Origin: an uncultured Candidatus Saccharibacteria bacterium
GTDB lineage: Bacteria > Patescibacteriota > Minisyncoccia > Phycocordibacterales > Zambryskibacteraceae
Direction: 5' to 3'
DNA length: 41,714 nt
NCBI GenBank assembly: GCA_964648835.1
Contig: CAZYLR010000001.1
Coordinates: forward strand, 1 to 41,714
Part shown: positions 14,878 through 22,942 of the stretch, one piece after another
Layout of the letters: each line of letters begins with the position of its first letter
How positions within the stretch are numbered: the stretch's first letter is position 1
Notes under the pieces: model-generated
Databases searched by the model: none
The model's input: only the letters and a program-made list of their open reading frames with translations
Told to the model about the DNA's origin: nothing
Made by a program: the position numbers and the translations under genes

Positions 14878-17391
14878 CTATTTTTTATGATATGGTGCAT
14901 CTATAAGCCCACATTGTTTGTACTTATATATCTTACCAGTAGTAGGATTAACCGCTCCGCAGGGGCATGGGTCGTTACGGCCGACTTCTGGCTTGCTGGA
15001 AACTGGCTTTACTTCCACTCCCCCGCCTGCTTCGACAAGCGAAACAGGTCGGGCAGGAATTGGCGCAGCTCTAAATGAAGCAAGAGCTTCCAAATCTAGA
15101 GCGATGACAAACTCGGCAATTTGCCTGGCGATGGACACTTCCATGTCTCTGAAGAATCTTAAGCCATCTTTCTTGTACTCGACTAGCGGTTCGCGCTGAC
15201 CGTAGGCACGCAAATTCACGCTTCCTCGCAGATATTCCATCATCTCCAAATGGTCAACCCAGAACAAGTCCATGGTTTGAAGAATAATCCTTCGCAATAC
15301 TTCCAGTATCTCTGGAGTATCAAGGGCTACCCTTGATATTTTTTCATTCATCTTGTCTTTCGCTCCCTGTTCCAAGTGCTCTGTCACCTCGGCTAAATAT
15401 TCTCTGATTTCAGATTGACCACCGACTAAAATTTTGCGACGGTGGCCATAGATTATCGCTCGTTGGAAATTTAAGACATCGTCGAACTCGAGAACGTGTT
15501 TGCGAGCATCGAAGTTGAAGCCCTCTATCTTCTCCTGCGCTTTTTCCAAAGAATTAGTGATAAGCTTGTTCTCTATCGGCTCGTCTTCCGGAATATTGAA
15601 ACGGCCCATCATCTTCTTGATGGTATCCACGGCAAAAATACGCATCAAAGAATCCTCCAGAGAGACGAGAAACTGTGTTTCGCCGGGATCTCCCTGCCTA
15701 CCGGAACGCCCACGCAACTGATTGTCTATGCGCCGAGCATCATGCCGCTCGGTACCAAGGACAAAAAGACCACCGAGACTCTTTACCATATCGTAATCTC
15801 TCGGGTTGGCAGGATTACCGCCAAGCCTAATGTCGACTCCTCGGCCCGCCATGTTGGTGGCAATGGTGACTGCTCCAATTCTACCGGCCTGAGCAATAAT
15901 CTCACCCTCCCGCTCATGATTCTTGGCATTTAGAATTTCATGCTTAATACCTTCATTTTTAAGATAGGCCGAAAGAAGTTCGTTATGTTCAATGGAAACC
16001 GTACCGATGAGAACCGGTTGACCTCTTTTACTCAACTCTCCAACTTTTTTAGCCACCGCCTTCATCTTGCCAGCGTGCGTTTGGAAAATTAGGTCACCGT
16101 GGTCTCTACGAGCTACCGGTCTATGGGTTGGAATAACGAAAGTCTCTAGACCATAGACTTTATAAAACTCTTCCTTAGAAGTGGCAGCTGTACCGGTCAT
16201 ACCGGAGAGTTTCCGGTACATGCGAAAATAATTCTGAAAAGTGATGGAGGCGAATGTGCGACTTTCCTCCTTAATACCAACGCCCTCCTTGGCCTCTATG
16301 GCTTGGTGCAGCCCCTCCGACCAACGCCGACCCGGCTGAAGCCGACCGGTAAATGCGTCCACGATTATCGCCTCATTATCTTTAACTACATATTCTTTAT
16401 CTCTGTGGTATAGAGCTTTGGCTTTGACAGCTGTTTCGAGATGGTGTACGTATTTGACACCACCTTCTGCATAAATATTTTCGATACCCAGAGATTTCTC
16501 GGCCTTATTAATGCCATCATCCGTCAAAGAAATAGCGTGCAACTTCTCGTCTACGGTGAAATCCTTCCCTGCTTCAAGTTGTCGGGCAATTTGCGCAAAC
16601 TTCTCGTAGAGTCCACCGGCAGCGCCGGTATTACCAGATATGATGAGAGGCGTTCGCGCTTCGTCAATAAGGATAGAATCAATCTCGTCGACAATAGCGT
16701 AATAGTAGTCCCGTTGAGAAAGATCTCTTTCGGAGTATAGGAGATTGTCGCGCAGGTAGTCGAAACCAAATTCGTTATTGGTGCCATAAGTAATATCCGC
16801 CCGATAAGCCTCTTTTTTACTCGCCGGCCTCAAAAATTCGTGAACAACATGGAAAGAGCCGAGCTCATCGCGTTCTTTGTCGCTTGTTGTGTGTGCTTTG
16901 TCGTATATAAAAGATTCGGAATGGTTGAGTACTCCGACAGATAATCCGAGATAAGAATAAATTTGTCCCATCCACACAGTGTCGCGACGGGAGAGATAGT
17001 CGTTAACCGTCACCACGTGCACCCCTTTATCCGAGAGAGCAACGAGATAGGCCGGTAGTGTCGCCACGAGCGTTTTACCTTCTCCTGTCTTCATCTCCGC
17101 AATACCACCCTTGTAGAGAGCGATACCTCCGAGAATTTGCACGTCAAAGTGTCTTTGACCAAGGGTGCGTTTCGCCGCCTCCCGAACTGTGGCGTATGCT
17201 TCCGGCAAAATATCATCGAGAGTTTCCCCCTTTTCAAGACGTTCTTTAAATTCAGTAGTTTTACCACTTAGCTCTTCTTGCGAAAGATGCTCTAACGAAG
17301 ACTCGAGCGCATTCGTGCGCTCGACGATAGGTTTCCAAGACTTAAGTAACTTCTCCTCGGGGGTTCCGAAGAGACTCTTTAAAAAGGCCAT
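14878..17391 (-). CDS. secA: Preprotein translocase ATPase SecA
   Basis: 837 aa. LGQRHFDVQILGGIALYKGGIAEMKTGEGKTLVATLPAYL, DEIDSILIDEARTPLIISG, TGMTGTA and TNMAGRGVDIRLGG are canonical. The Cys-rich C-terminal tail is DPCPCG...YKQCG. Confidence 0.97.
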   Translation of the reverse strand: MAFLKSLFGTPEEKLLKSWKPIVERTNALESSLEHLSQEELSGKTTEFKERLEKGETLDDILPEAYATVREAAKRTLGQRHFDVQILGGIALYKGGIAEMKTGEGKTLVATLPAYLVALSDKGVHVVTVNDYLSRRDTVWMGQIYSYLGLSVGVLNHSESFIYDKAHTTSDKERDELGSFHVVHEFLRPASKKEAYRADITYGTNNEFGFDYLRDNLLYSERDLSQRDYYYAIVDEIDSILIDEARTPLIISGNTGAAGGLYEKFAQIARQLEAGKDFTVDEKLHAISLTDDGINKAEKSLGIENIYAEGGVKYVHHLETAVKAKALYHRDKEYVVKDNEAIIVDAFTGRLQPGRRWSEGLHQAIEAKEGVGIKEESRTFASITFQNYFRMYRKLSGMTGTAATSKEEFYKVYGLETFVIPTHRPVARRDHGDLIFQTHAGKMKAVAKKVGELSKRGQPVLIGTVSIEHNELLSAYLKNEGIKHEILNAKNHEREGEIIAQAGRIGAVTIATNMAGRGVDIRLGGNPANPRDYDMVKSLGGLFVLGTERHDARRIDNQLRGRSGRQGDPGETQFLVSLEDSLMRIFAVDTIKKMMGRFNIPEDEPIENKLITNSLEKAQEKIEGFNFDARKHVLEFDDVLNFQRAIIYGHRRKILVGGQSEIREYLAEVTEHLEQGAKDKMNEKISRVALDTPEILEVLRRIILQTMDLFWVDHLEMMEYLRGSVNLRAYGQREPLVEYKKDGLRFFRDMEVSIARQIAEFVIALDLEALASFRAAPIPARPVSLVEAGGGVEVKPVSSKPEVGRNDPCPCGAVNPTTGKIYKYKQCGLIDAPYHKK

Positions 17392-17422
17392 AGGACGCCT
17401 ATTTTAACACGTTTTAGACCAA

Positions 17423-17450
17423 GAAAAAACACCCTTGTGGGGTGTCTTTT
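17423..17450 (-). terminator. Intrinsic-terminator-like hairpin plus U-tract about 35 nt upstream of the secA start
   Basis: The minus strand reads aaaagACACCCcacaaGGGTGTttttttcttgg. The stem is 17429-17434 with 17440-17445, and the T-run corresponds to + strand 17424-17428. Confidence 0.55.
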
Positions 17451-17456
17451 CTAATC

Positions 17457-17513
17457 TTATCTTCTCTTTGAAGATTTTCGCTTCTTGGAAGCAGCCTTTT
17501 TTTTCTTTGCCAT
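17457..17513 (-). CDS. Tiny highly basic ORF (18 aa, MAKKKKAASKKRKSSKRR); candidate leader peptide or small basic protein
   Basis: Hand translation: ATG GCA AAG AAA AAA AAG GCT GCT TCC AAG AAG CGA AAA TCT TCA AAG AGA AGA TAA. The terminator hairpin follows directly. There is no clear SD and the ORF is too short to score. Confidence 0.25.
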   Translation of the reverse strand: MAKKKKAASKKRKSSKRR

Positions 17514-17526
17514 TGTGTTGTGTCTC

Positions 17527-17640
17527 GCCCCGCCCCGCCTGAACTAGGCGGGGCAAGGCGGAAATTATTATTAACGTCTGCCCGCCCGAACGTACTGAAT
17601 AATGTTCGGTACGGGCGGGTCGCAGAAAATTTTTCTGCGC
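17527..17640 (-). other. Three consecutive GC-rich hairpins in an AT-rich spacer (candidate structured leader or ncRNA)
   Basis: ccccgcct-gaact-aggcgggg (17533-17553). cccgcccg..(bulged)..cgggcggg (17581-17619). Perfect palindrome cgcagaaaa-t-ttttctgcg (17621-17639). Confidence 0.4.
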
Positions 17641-17857
17641 TTGTGTTAATTATCTACTAAAGCTCAGCATATACAATAGATAAAAAGAAAATATGTGGAT
17701 AACTTTTAGAATATTATTTCGATTTAAAAAATATTTCCGTCCGAGCGCGGAGAGCGGGGCTAGCTCCAAACGAATATCTTTGTGAGTGCGGCCGCTCTCC
17801 ACGCACGAAAAGAAACTATATAAATAGTAAACAGTAATCAGTAAATAGTAAATAGTC

Positions 17858-17887
17858 ATAAAAACGCAAATCCCGCCAAAGGCGGGA
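17858..17887 (-). terminator. Intrinsic terminator downstream of the Wzy_C/TPR gene
   Basis: The minus strand reads tcccgcc-ttt-ggcggga followed by tttgcgttttta. It lies about 100 nt after the stop at 17984. Confidence 0.55.
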
Positions 17888-17983
17888 CTTACGCAGATAT
17901 TCGTTCGTTTGGTGCCAGTTTCAAGCACCCACCCCTCAATCCTAGCATAGCACTCCTCCAAATGCAAGCGTCTCCGGCCGATT

Positions 17984-19843
17984 TCACATGTCCTGTATCT
18001 GTCTCGTGTATTCTTCCATTTGTTCTTTGTGGTCCGGAGAGATTTCTCCCACATATTTCAGGACGTCAATCGCTTTCTCTTTTTCTCCCTTGTTCAGGAA
18101 AGCATTGGCTATCTCGAGATAAATCATTTGTTTGCCTGGCATCAATCGACTTGCACGTTCTAGATATATCAGAGCATCATCAAGAGAGCCCACAGTCGAG
18201 AGAAACGAACCGGTAATAAACTGGTAACGAGCATCTTCTGATAAATCTTCGGCTTGCTTAAGCACGGCGTCTTTCGCGAAACTAAAGTATGCATTCTTCT
18301 CTTCCATAGATATATCGCTCGTCAAGACAGTAACAGTATTAGCAGCTAGATGTTCTACGATCTCCGGTCGTCCGAGACGCGTAGTATTGTAAGCTTTTTT
18401 GAAATATTGTATCGCCTTGAGAGTCTCTCCTGGTGTCTGTAGAGACTTAAGGGCTTCAATTAGAAAGACATTAGCAGTTATCGGTTTAATATTGACGAAA
18501 TACAGAGAGAGCGCAAGTAAGATGGAGACAGCCGGCAAAGCAATGTTTCTCACTTGAACTTTAGTTATCACGCCCTTAGAAGTAAGTTCACTACCATTTC
18601 TATAATGCAGGTAAGAGAGGAGGGAGAAAAATAAAATATAGCTTATCAGATGGTCAAAGACGAAGAAATTGTGGAAGAAGTATGCCGCTATCAAACCAGT
18701 AAGGATAGATTTCTCCGTATGAGTCAAATTCGTACTTCTCCTCCAAATTGAATATAGAAGTGCGACATAGAGGAGAAGATAAGATAGGAGACCCAAAATA
18801 CCGCCAGCGACCGCCCAGTCAAGGAAAATATTGTGAGCGCGATCAAACCACGGCTCCAAGCGGTACATCTCCGGACGGTAATGTTCGTTAAAGATATAAT
18901 TGAAATTCTCCTGCCCCCAGCCAAGGAACGGCCGTTCCTTGACTCCTTCAAGCGCGATAGGCCAGACAAAATACCTGCCCTGCGTCTTCAACTCTTCTGT
19001 AGTCAGAGAAGAGAAACGAGAAAGTACCGGACTATTTTGGATAAACTCCGCGTCTTTAATCGCCACAAAACCTCCCACTAAAGTTATTAGTCCGACCAAG
19101 GTGGCGATACTCCCCTTTCTGACAAAGGCGGATTCCTTGTTTCTCACATTCAGAACAGCTACGGCAAGAAGTCCACCCAGGAGACCGAGGATAGCTCCGC
19201 GCGTGGCGGTGTGGTAGAGGATAAATGCTTGCGCGAGAATAAGCAGTCCGTAGACCCATCTCAAAGCGACGTTTTTCCACTCACGCCACATAAAGAGAAA
19301 GGCGATAAAAATATGGAAGAGCATATAGACGGCCAAATAAATAGCGTTGCCAAGCGTGCCATCCACCCGCACTCCACCTTGGTTTATCGTTTTCAGTCCG
19401 ATGATCTGAAGAACAGAATATAAAACCATCAAGAATGAAGCCAGAAGCGAGACATTCCACCACCTCTTCCAATCAACCTCTTTAAAGACCGAGGAGATAA
19501 CTATGAAAAACATTCCCAAATGAAGCAAAGTAATAAAACCCTCCATGCGCTCAAAGTTGGACCAGAAGCTCTTGAGAGGAGCAACGCCTAAGAGATCCGC
19601 CAAACCAATTATTCCGAGGAATATAAATAGAGAATAAAGAATAAGGGATCTTTTCGGACGGTAAGACGCGTCAAGCAAAACGAGTAACACCCAAGCGGCA
19701 AAAACAATTTCTATAATAATCCTCCAAGTGAAAGCTTTGGTAGTGATGAACGGAAAGAAAAAATCACTGAAAACGAGAAACGGGATGAGAGGGATGGCAA
19801 AAAGGCCGACAAATACAACTCGCCTCAACGTTTGAGAAAACAT
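17984..19843 (-). CDS. O-antigen ligase / Wzy_C family polytopic membrane protein with C-terminal TPR repeats
   Basis: There are 10 or more hydrophobic segments. The Wzy_C-type motif is RAHNIFLDWAVAGGILGLLSYLLL. The C-terminus carries TPR-like repeats (YFKKAYN.., ALIYLERASRLMPGKQMIYLEIANAFLNKGEKEKAIDVLKYV). Confidence 0.8.
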   Translation of the reverse strand: MFSQTLRRVVFVGLFAIPLIPFLVFSDFFFPFITTKAFTWRIIIEIVFAAWVLLVLLDASYRPKRSLILYSLFIFLGIIGLADLLGVAPLKSFWSNFERMEGFITLLHLGMFFIVISSVFKEVDWKRWWNVSLLASFLMVLYSVLQIIGLKTINQGGVRVDGTLGNAIYLAVYMLFHIFIAFLFMWREWKNVALRWVYGLLILAQAFILYHTATRGAILGLLGGLLAVAVLNVRNKESAFVRKGSIATLVGLITLVGGFVAIKDAEFIQNSPVLSRFSSLTTEELKTQGRYFVWPIALEGVKERPFLGWGQENFNYIFNEHYRPEMYRLEPWFDRAHNIFLDWAVAGGILGLLSYLLLYVALLYSIWRRSTNLTHTEKSILTGLIAAYFFHNFFVFDHLISYILFFSLLSYLHYRNGSELTSKGVITKVQVRNIALPAVSILLALSLYFVNIKPITANVFLIEALKSLQTPGETLKAIQYFKKAYNTTRLGRPEIVEHLAANTVTVLTSDISMEEKNAYFSFAKDAVLKQAEDLSEDARYQFITGSFLSTVGSLDDALIYLERASRLMPGKQMIYLEIANAFLNKGEKEKAIDVLKYVGEISPDHKEQMEEYTRQIQDM

Positions 19844-19871
19844 GGATACTATCCTATCATGATACCAATAT

Positions 19872-21164
19872 ATGCAAAGTCTAAGGAATAAGGCCTACCG
19901 GGCCTTGCGTTGGAGCGAACAATACACCAAGACAGATATGTTGTATCTGGCCCAAGGCGGCGGATGGCTCTTATCCGGCCAAATCATCGCCTCTCTCTCT
20001 TCTTTCCTGCTCGTTATCGCTTTCGCCAATTTAATTCCCAAAGAAACATTTGGCACTTATAAATACATACTTTCTCTTACTAGTATTCTGTTAATCCCAT
20101 CGCTCCCGGGAATGAACACAGCTGTAAACATGGCTTCTACTCGCAATCTTGACGGAACGTTACTGCTTGCGCTAAAAACAAAAATGAGATGGGGGCTACT
20201 AAGCAGTTTGGCTAGTTTGTTACTATCTGGATATTATTTCCTAAATGGAAACTCGAGTTTGGCGATTTCTTTCTTGATTATTTCCGCCTTTTTACCGTTC
20301 ATAGACGCATTTGGCATTTACGGCCCATTCCTACACGGCAAAAAGAAATTCCAAATATCAACTAAGTACGAGGCTCTTGTACAAATCATTTCTACTGGCT
20401 TCCTAATTGCGGTCATTTTATTGACAAAAAATCTTTTTCTAATTGTATTATCTTATTTTCTTTCCTGGACACTATTACGATTTATCTTCTTTAGGATAAC
20501 TATAAAAAGATTTGTTGTGTCAAAGGATGAAGACCCCAAAGCAATTCCATACGGCAAACATTTAAGCCTGATGAAGGTTATAAATACTATAGCCAGCTAT
20601 ATAGATCGCCTCTTTGTCTTCCACTTTTTGGGAGCAGTTCCCTTGGCTGTTTATGCCTTCGCCATTGCCATGCCTGAACAAATAAAAGGCGCGTTTAGTC
20701 TATTAGATACCCTTGCCTTCCCCAAGTTTATAGGACGAAATAGCGAAGAGATAAAAGCTTCTTTTAAAAAGAAAGCCTTAAGATTATTTTTGTTGGGAGG
20801 GGTCGTTATCGGTGCTTATATCTTAGCTGCTCCTTTTATTTTTAAAACTTTCTTCCCTCGATACGAGGAGGCCGTCTTCTATTCACAGCTTTTTGCCTTA
20901 TCAATGCTCAATCTAGCGCTATTCCCAGCAACAACAGCATTGAGAGCCAAGAAAAATGTAAAAGGATTATACATCAGTAACTTCGTCACCCCCATTTTCC
21001 AAATTATTACCATGCTTGTTTTCATTCTCTGGCAAGGGTTGTTAGGGCTGATTATAGCCAGGATCATTTCTAGATTTTTTGGTAGCTTTTTGGACACTTA
21101 TTTATTCTTCAGATCTCCTCCTGATAATATTGAAGAACCTTTCTTACCTGCCCCTCCAAAGTAA
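19872..21164 (+). CDS. Polysaccharide/oligosaccharide flippase (Wzx, MOP superfamily)
   Basis: 430 aa with about 12 TM segments. The N-terminus LYLAQGGGWLLSGQIIASLSSFLLVIAFANLIPKETFGTYKYILSL is typical of Wzx-type 'polysaccharide biosynthesis protein'. Confidence 0.75.
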   Translation: MQSLRNKAYRALRWSEQYTKTDMLYLAQGGGWLLSGQIIASLSSFLLVIAFANLIPKETFGTYKYILSLTSILLIPSLPGMNTAVNMASTRNLDGTLLLALKTKMRWGLLSSLASLLLSGYYFLNGNSSLAISFLIISAFLPFIDAFGIYGPFLHGKKKFQISTKYEALVQIISTGFLIAVILLTKNLFLIVLSYFLSWTLLRFIFFRITIKRFVVSKDEDPKAIPYGKHLSLMKVINTIASYIDRLFVFHFLGAVPLAVYAFAIAMPEQIKGAFSLLDTLAFPKFIGRNSEEIKASFKKKALRLFLLGGVVIGAYILAAPFIFKTFFPRYEEAVFYSQLFALSMLNLALFPATTALRAKKNVKGLYISNFVTPIFQIITMLVFILWQGLLGLIIARIISRFFGSFLDTYLFFRSPPDNIEEPFLPAPPK

Positions 21165-22317
21165 ATTCTGCCGCGACCACATCATAACCAGCTTTTCCAA
21201 ACCTTTCTGCTTTTAGACGGTCATCGAGTAATTCCTTAATTCTCTTCTCTACCTCCTCTATATTAAATGGATTAATCAAAAAGCCAGTTACTTTGTCTTT
21301 AACTATTTCTTTTGTTCCCCCAAAACAAGTTCCTATAACAGGCTTACCACATGCCATTGCCTCCAAATTAACCGTGGGGAATGGGTCAAGATAAAGAGAT
21401 GGTGTTACCACCACATCGCTTGCATGATATCCGGCAATTAGTTCACCCCCTGAGATCCATCCGGTAAGAACGACGTTTTTGCCAATCCCTATCTCTTTGG
21501 CCAATTTGATCATTTTTTTTGAATAATCATTAGGTCGGCCTAAAACTAATAACACTGCTTCCGGAATTGCTGCCACCACTCGCTTCGTGATTCTAATGAT
21601 CTTCTCTCCGCCCTTCGGCTCACTCAGTCTTCCGCCAAATAAGATCACTTTCTTTTTGTTTAAATTAAATTTATTTTTGAATTCCAGTACAGCCTGATCC
21701 GTAGCTTGCCACTTTTTAACATCTATTCCGTTACGAACGACTTCCACATTATCGAGACCATTTTTATTTAAAGCATCTTCAAGCGCCTGACTCACTGCAA
21801 AAATCTTATCAACATATTTTAGATAATATCTAATCATTAAATTTCTAAACGGGTTGTAGCGCCTCTTATACTTTTTAAGCTGCGACCAAGGGTCAGCCCT
21901 CTCGGCCGTGGCCGACTTGCCGTAATGGAACAGCATCGTGTCATGAGCTGTTAAAAAAACTTTAGCGCCGTTTTCTTTGGCTATCTTGAGACAGTGATAT
22001 GAGAGATGATAATGAATGTTATGAGCATGAACCACATCCGGGTACCACCCATTTATTATTTTCCTGACATGCGCGACAATAGACGGATTACAGAGGCCCC
22101 GATAAGCTCGCCAACGCTCGTGATAATCTGAATACAATTTATGCACCTCAAGACCATTATATTCTGTCCTGCCTGCTTTTTGTCTGTCTCTGACAGTAGT
22201 AATAACAGCGACCTCGTGTCCCGCCGCTACAAGAGCCTTGGCCAGATTAAATGCCACCATTCCAGCCCCGCCGTAACTTTGCGGAGGAAAATCATCTGAT
22301 AAAAATAAAATTTTCAT
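21109..22317 (-). CDS. Glycosyltransferase family 4 (GT-B, Glycos_transf_1)
   Basis: MKILFLSDDFPPQSYGGAGMVAFNLAKALVAAGHEVAVIT. The C-terminal E(x7)E region is FPTVNLEAMACGKPVIGT.FGGTKEIV. Confidence 0.85.
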   Translation of the reverse strand: MKILFLSDDFPPQSYGGAGMVAFNLAKALVAAGHEVAVITTVRDRQKAGRTEYNGLEVHKLYSDYHERWRAYRGLCNPSIVAHVRKIINGWYPDVVHAHNIHYHLSYHCLKIAKENGAKVFLTAHDTMLFHYGKSATAERADPWSQLKKYKRRYNPFRNLMIRYYLKYVDKIFAVSQALEDALNKNGLDNVEVVRNGIDVKKWQATDQAVLEFKNKFNLNKKKVILFGGRLSEPKGGEKIIRITKRVVAAIPEAVLLVLGRPNDYSKKMIKLAKEIGIGKNVVLTGWISGGELIAGYHASDVVVTPSLYLDPFPTVNLEAMACGKPVIGTCFGGTKEIVKDKVTGFLINPFNIEEVEKRIKELLDDRLKAERFGKAGYDVVAAEFTLEGQVRKVLQYYQEEI

Positions 22318-22321
22318 AAGA

Positions 22322-22942
22322 CTACTTTTTTCTTGCTACTATATAAACATTGGCGTAAACCTGATCATTTCTAACAAAATCATCAAGATAGAAACAAACC
22401 TTTTCCAAATAACGAAGGAACCTCTCCGACCACAAACCACGCCGGGTTTTCTTATACGGACTGAAGTAGACCTGCTTGACGTATTCGAAGAAAACCATAA
22501 ATGTCTTACCATACGGCTGGCATTCAACTATTTCAAAATCGTCTTGGAAAAGAGATTTCATCCCTTCTTGTGTGTATCTGAAGTAATCCTCTGGATCTGC
22601 GTGATAAGGCGCCATGAAGGGCGCAGTCAACAGACATACTCCATCTGTCTTTAAAATACGGCTGATTTCCGCCACCATCACCCATGGTCTTTTAACATGT
22701 TCTAAAACTTGTGATGAGATAACGGTATCAAAGCTTTCATCCTCAAAGGGCATTTTTAACACATCCCCCACCACATCTATCTTTCCTCCGGGCGTACTAT
22801 CGAAAGCTACATACTCTGATGCATGTCCTTTTATAATAGAGCGATATTTGGCTGACCCTGCACCCATATCAATTGTTCTGCCTTTTATATAATGCTTGAG
22901 ATGCATCAATACATCCCTTGTTCTGTTCAGTTTGTGAGTCAT
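22322..22942 (-). CDS. Class I SAM-dependent methyltransferase
   Basis: Motif I is TIDMGAGSAKY, followed by FDTVISSQVLEHVKRPW (Methyltransf_11-like). Confidence 0.8.
   Translation of the reverse strand: MTHKLNRTRDVLMHLKHYIKGRTIDMGAGSAKYRSIIKGHASEYVAFDSTPGGKIDVVGDVLKMPFEDESFDTVISSQVLEHVKRPWVMVAEISRILKTDGVCLLTAPFMAPYHADPEDYFRYTQEGMKSLFQDDFEIVECQPYGKTFMVFFEYVKQVYFSPYKKTRRGLWSERFLRYLEKVCFYLDDFVRNDQVYANVYIVARKK

Noticed and set aside
17740-17960. A known housekeeping ncRNA (SRP RNA, RNase P RNA, tmRNA, 6S) in the long spacer
   Set aside because: I could not find the diagnostic conserved strings on either strand, for example the RNase P P4 GAGGAAAGUCC, the tmRNA 3' tRNA-like end with CCA context, or the SRP GGAA-tetraloop domain IV motif. 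Only generic hairpins are visible, so the region is reported as an unexplained structured region instead.
17650-18054. 134-aa ORF on the minus strand spanning the spacer
   Set aside because: It overlaps the 3' end of the Wzy_C/TPR gene in another frame and runs through the terminator hairpin and AT-rich repeats. The composition is implausible (MWEKSLRTTKNKWKNTRDRYRTCEIGRRR...) with no family resemblance.
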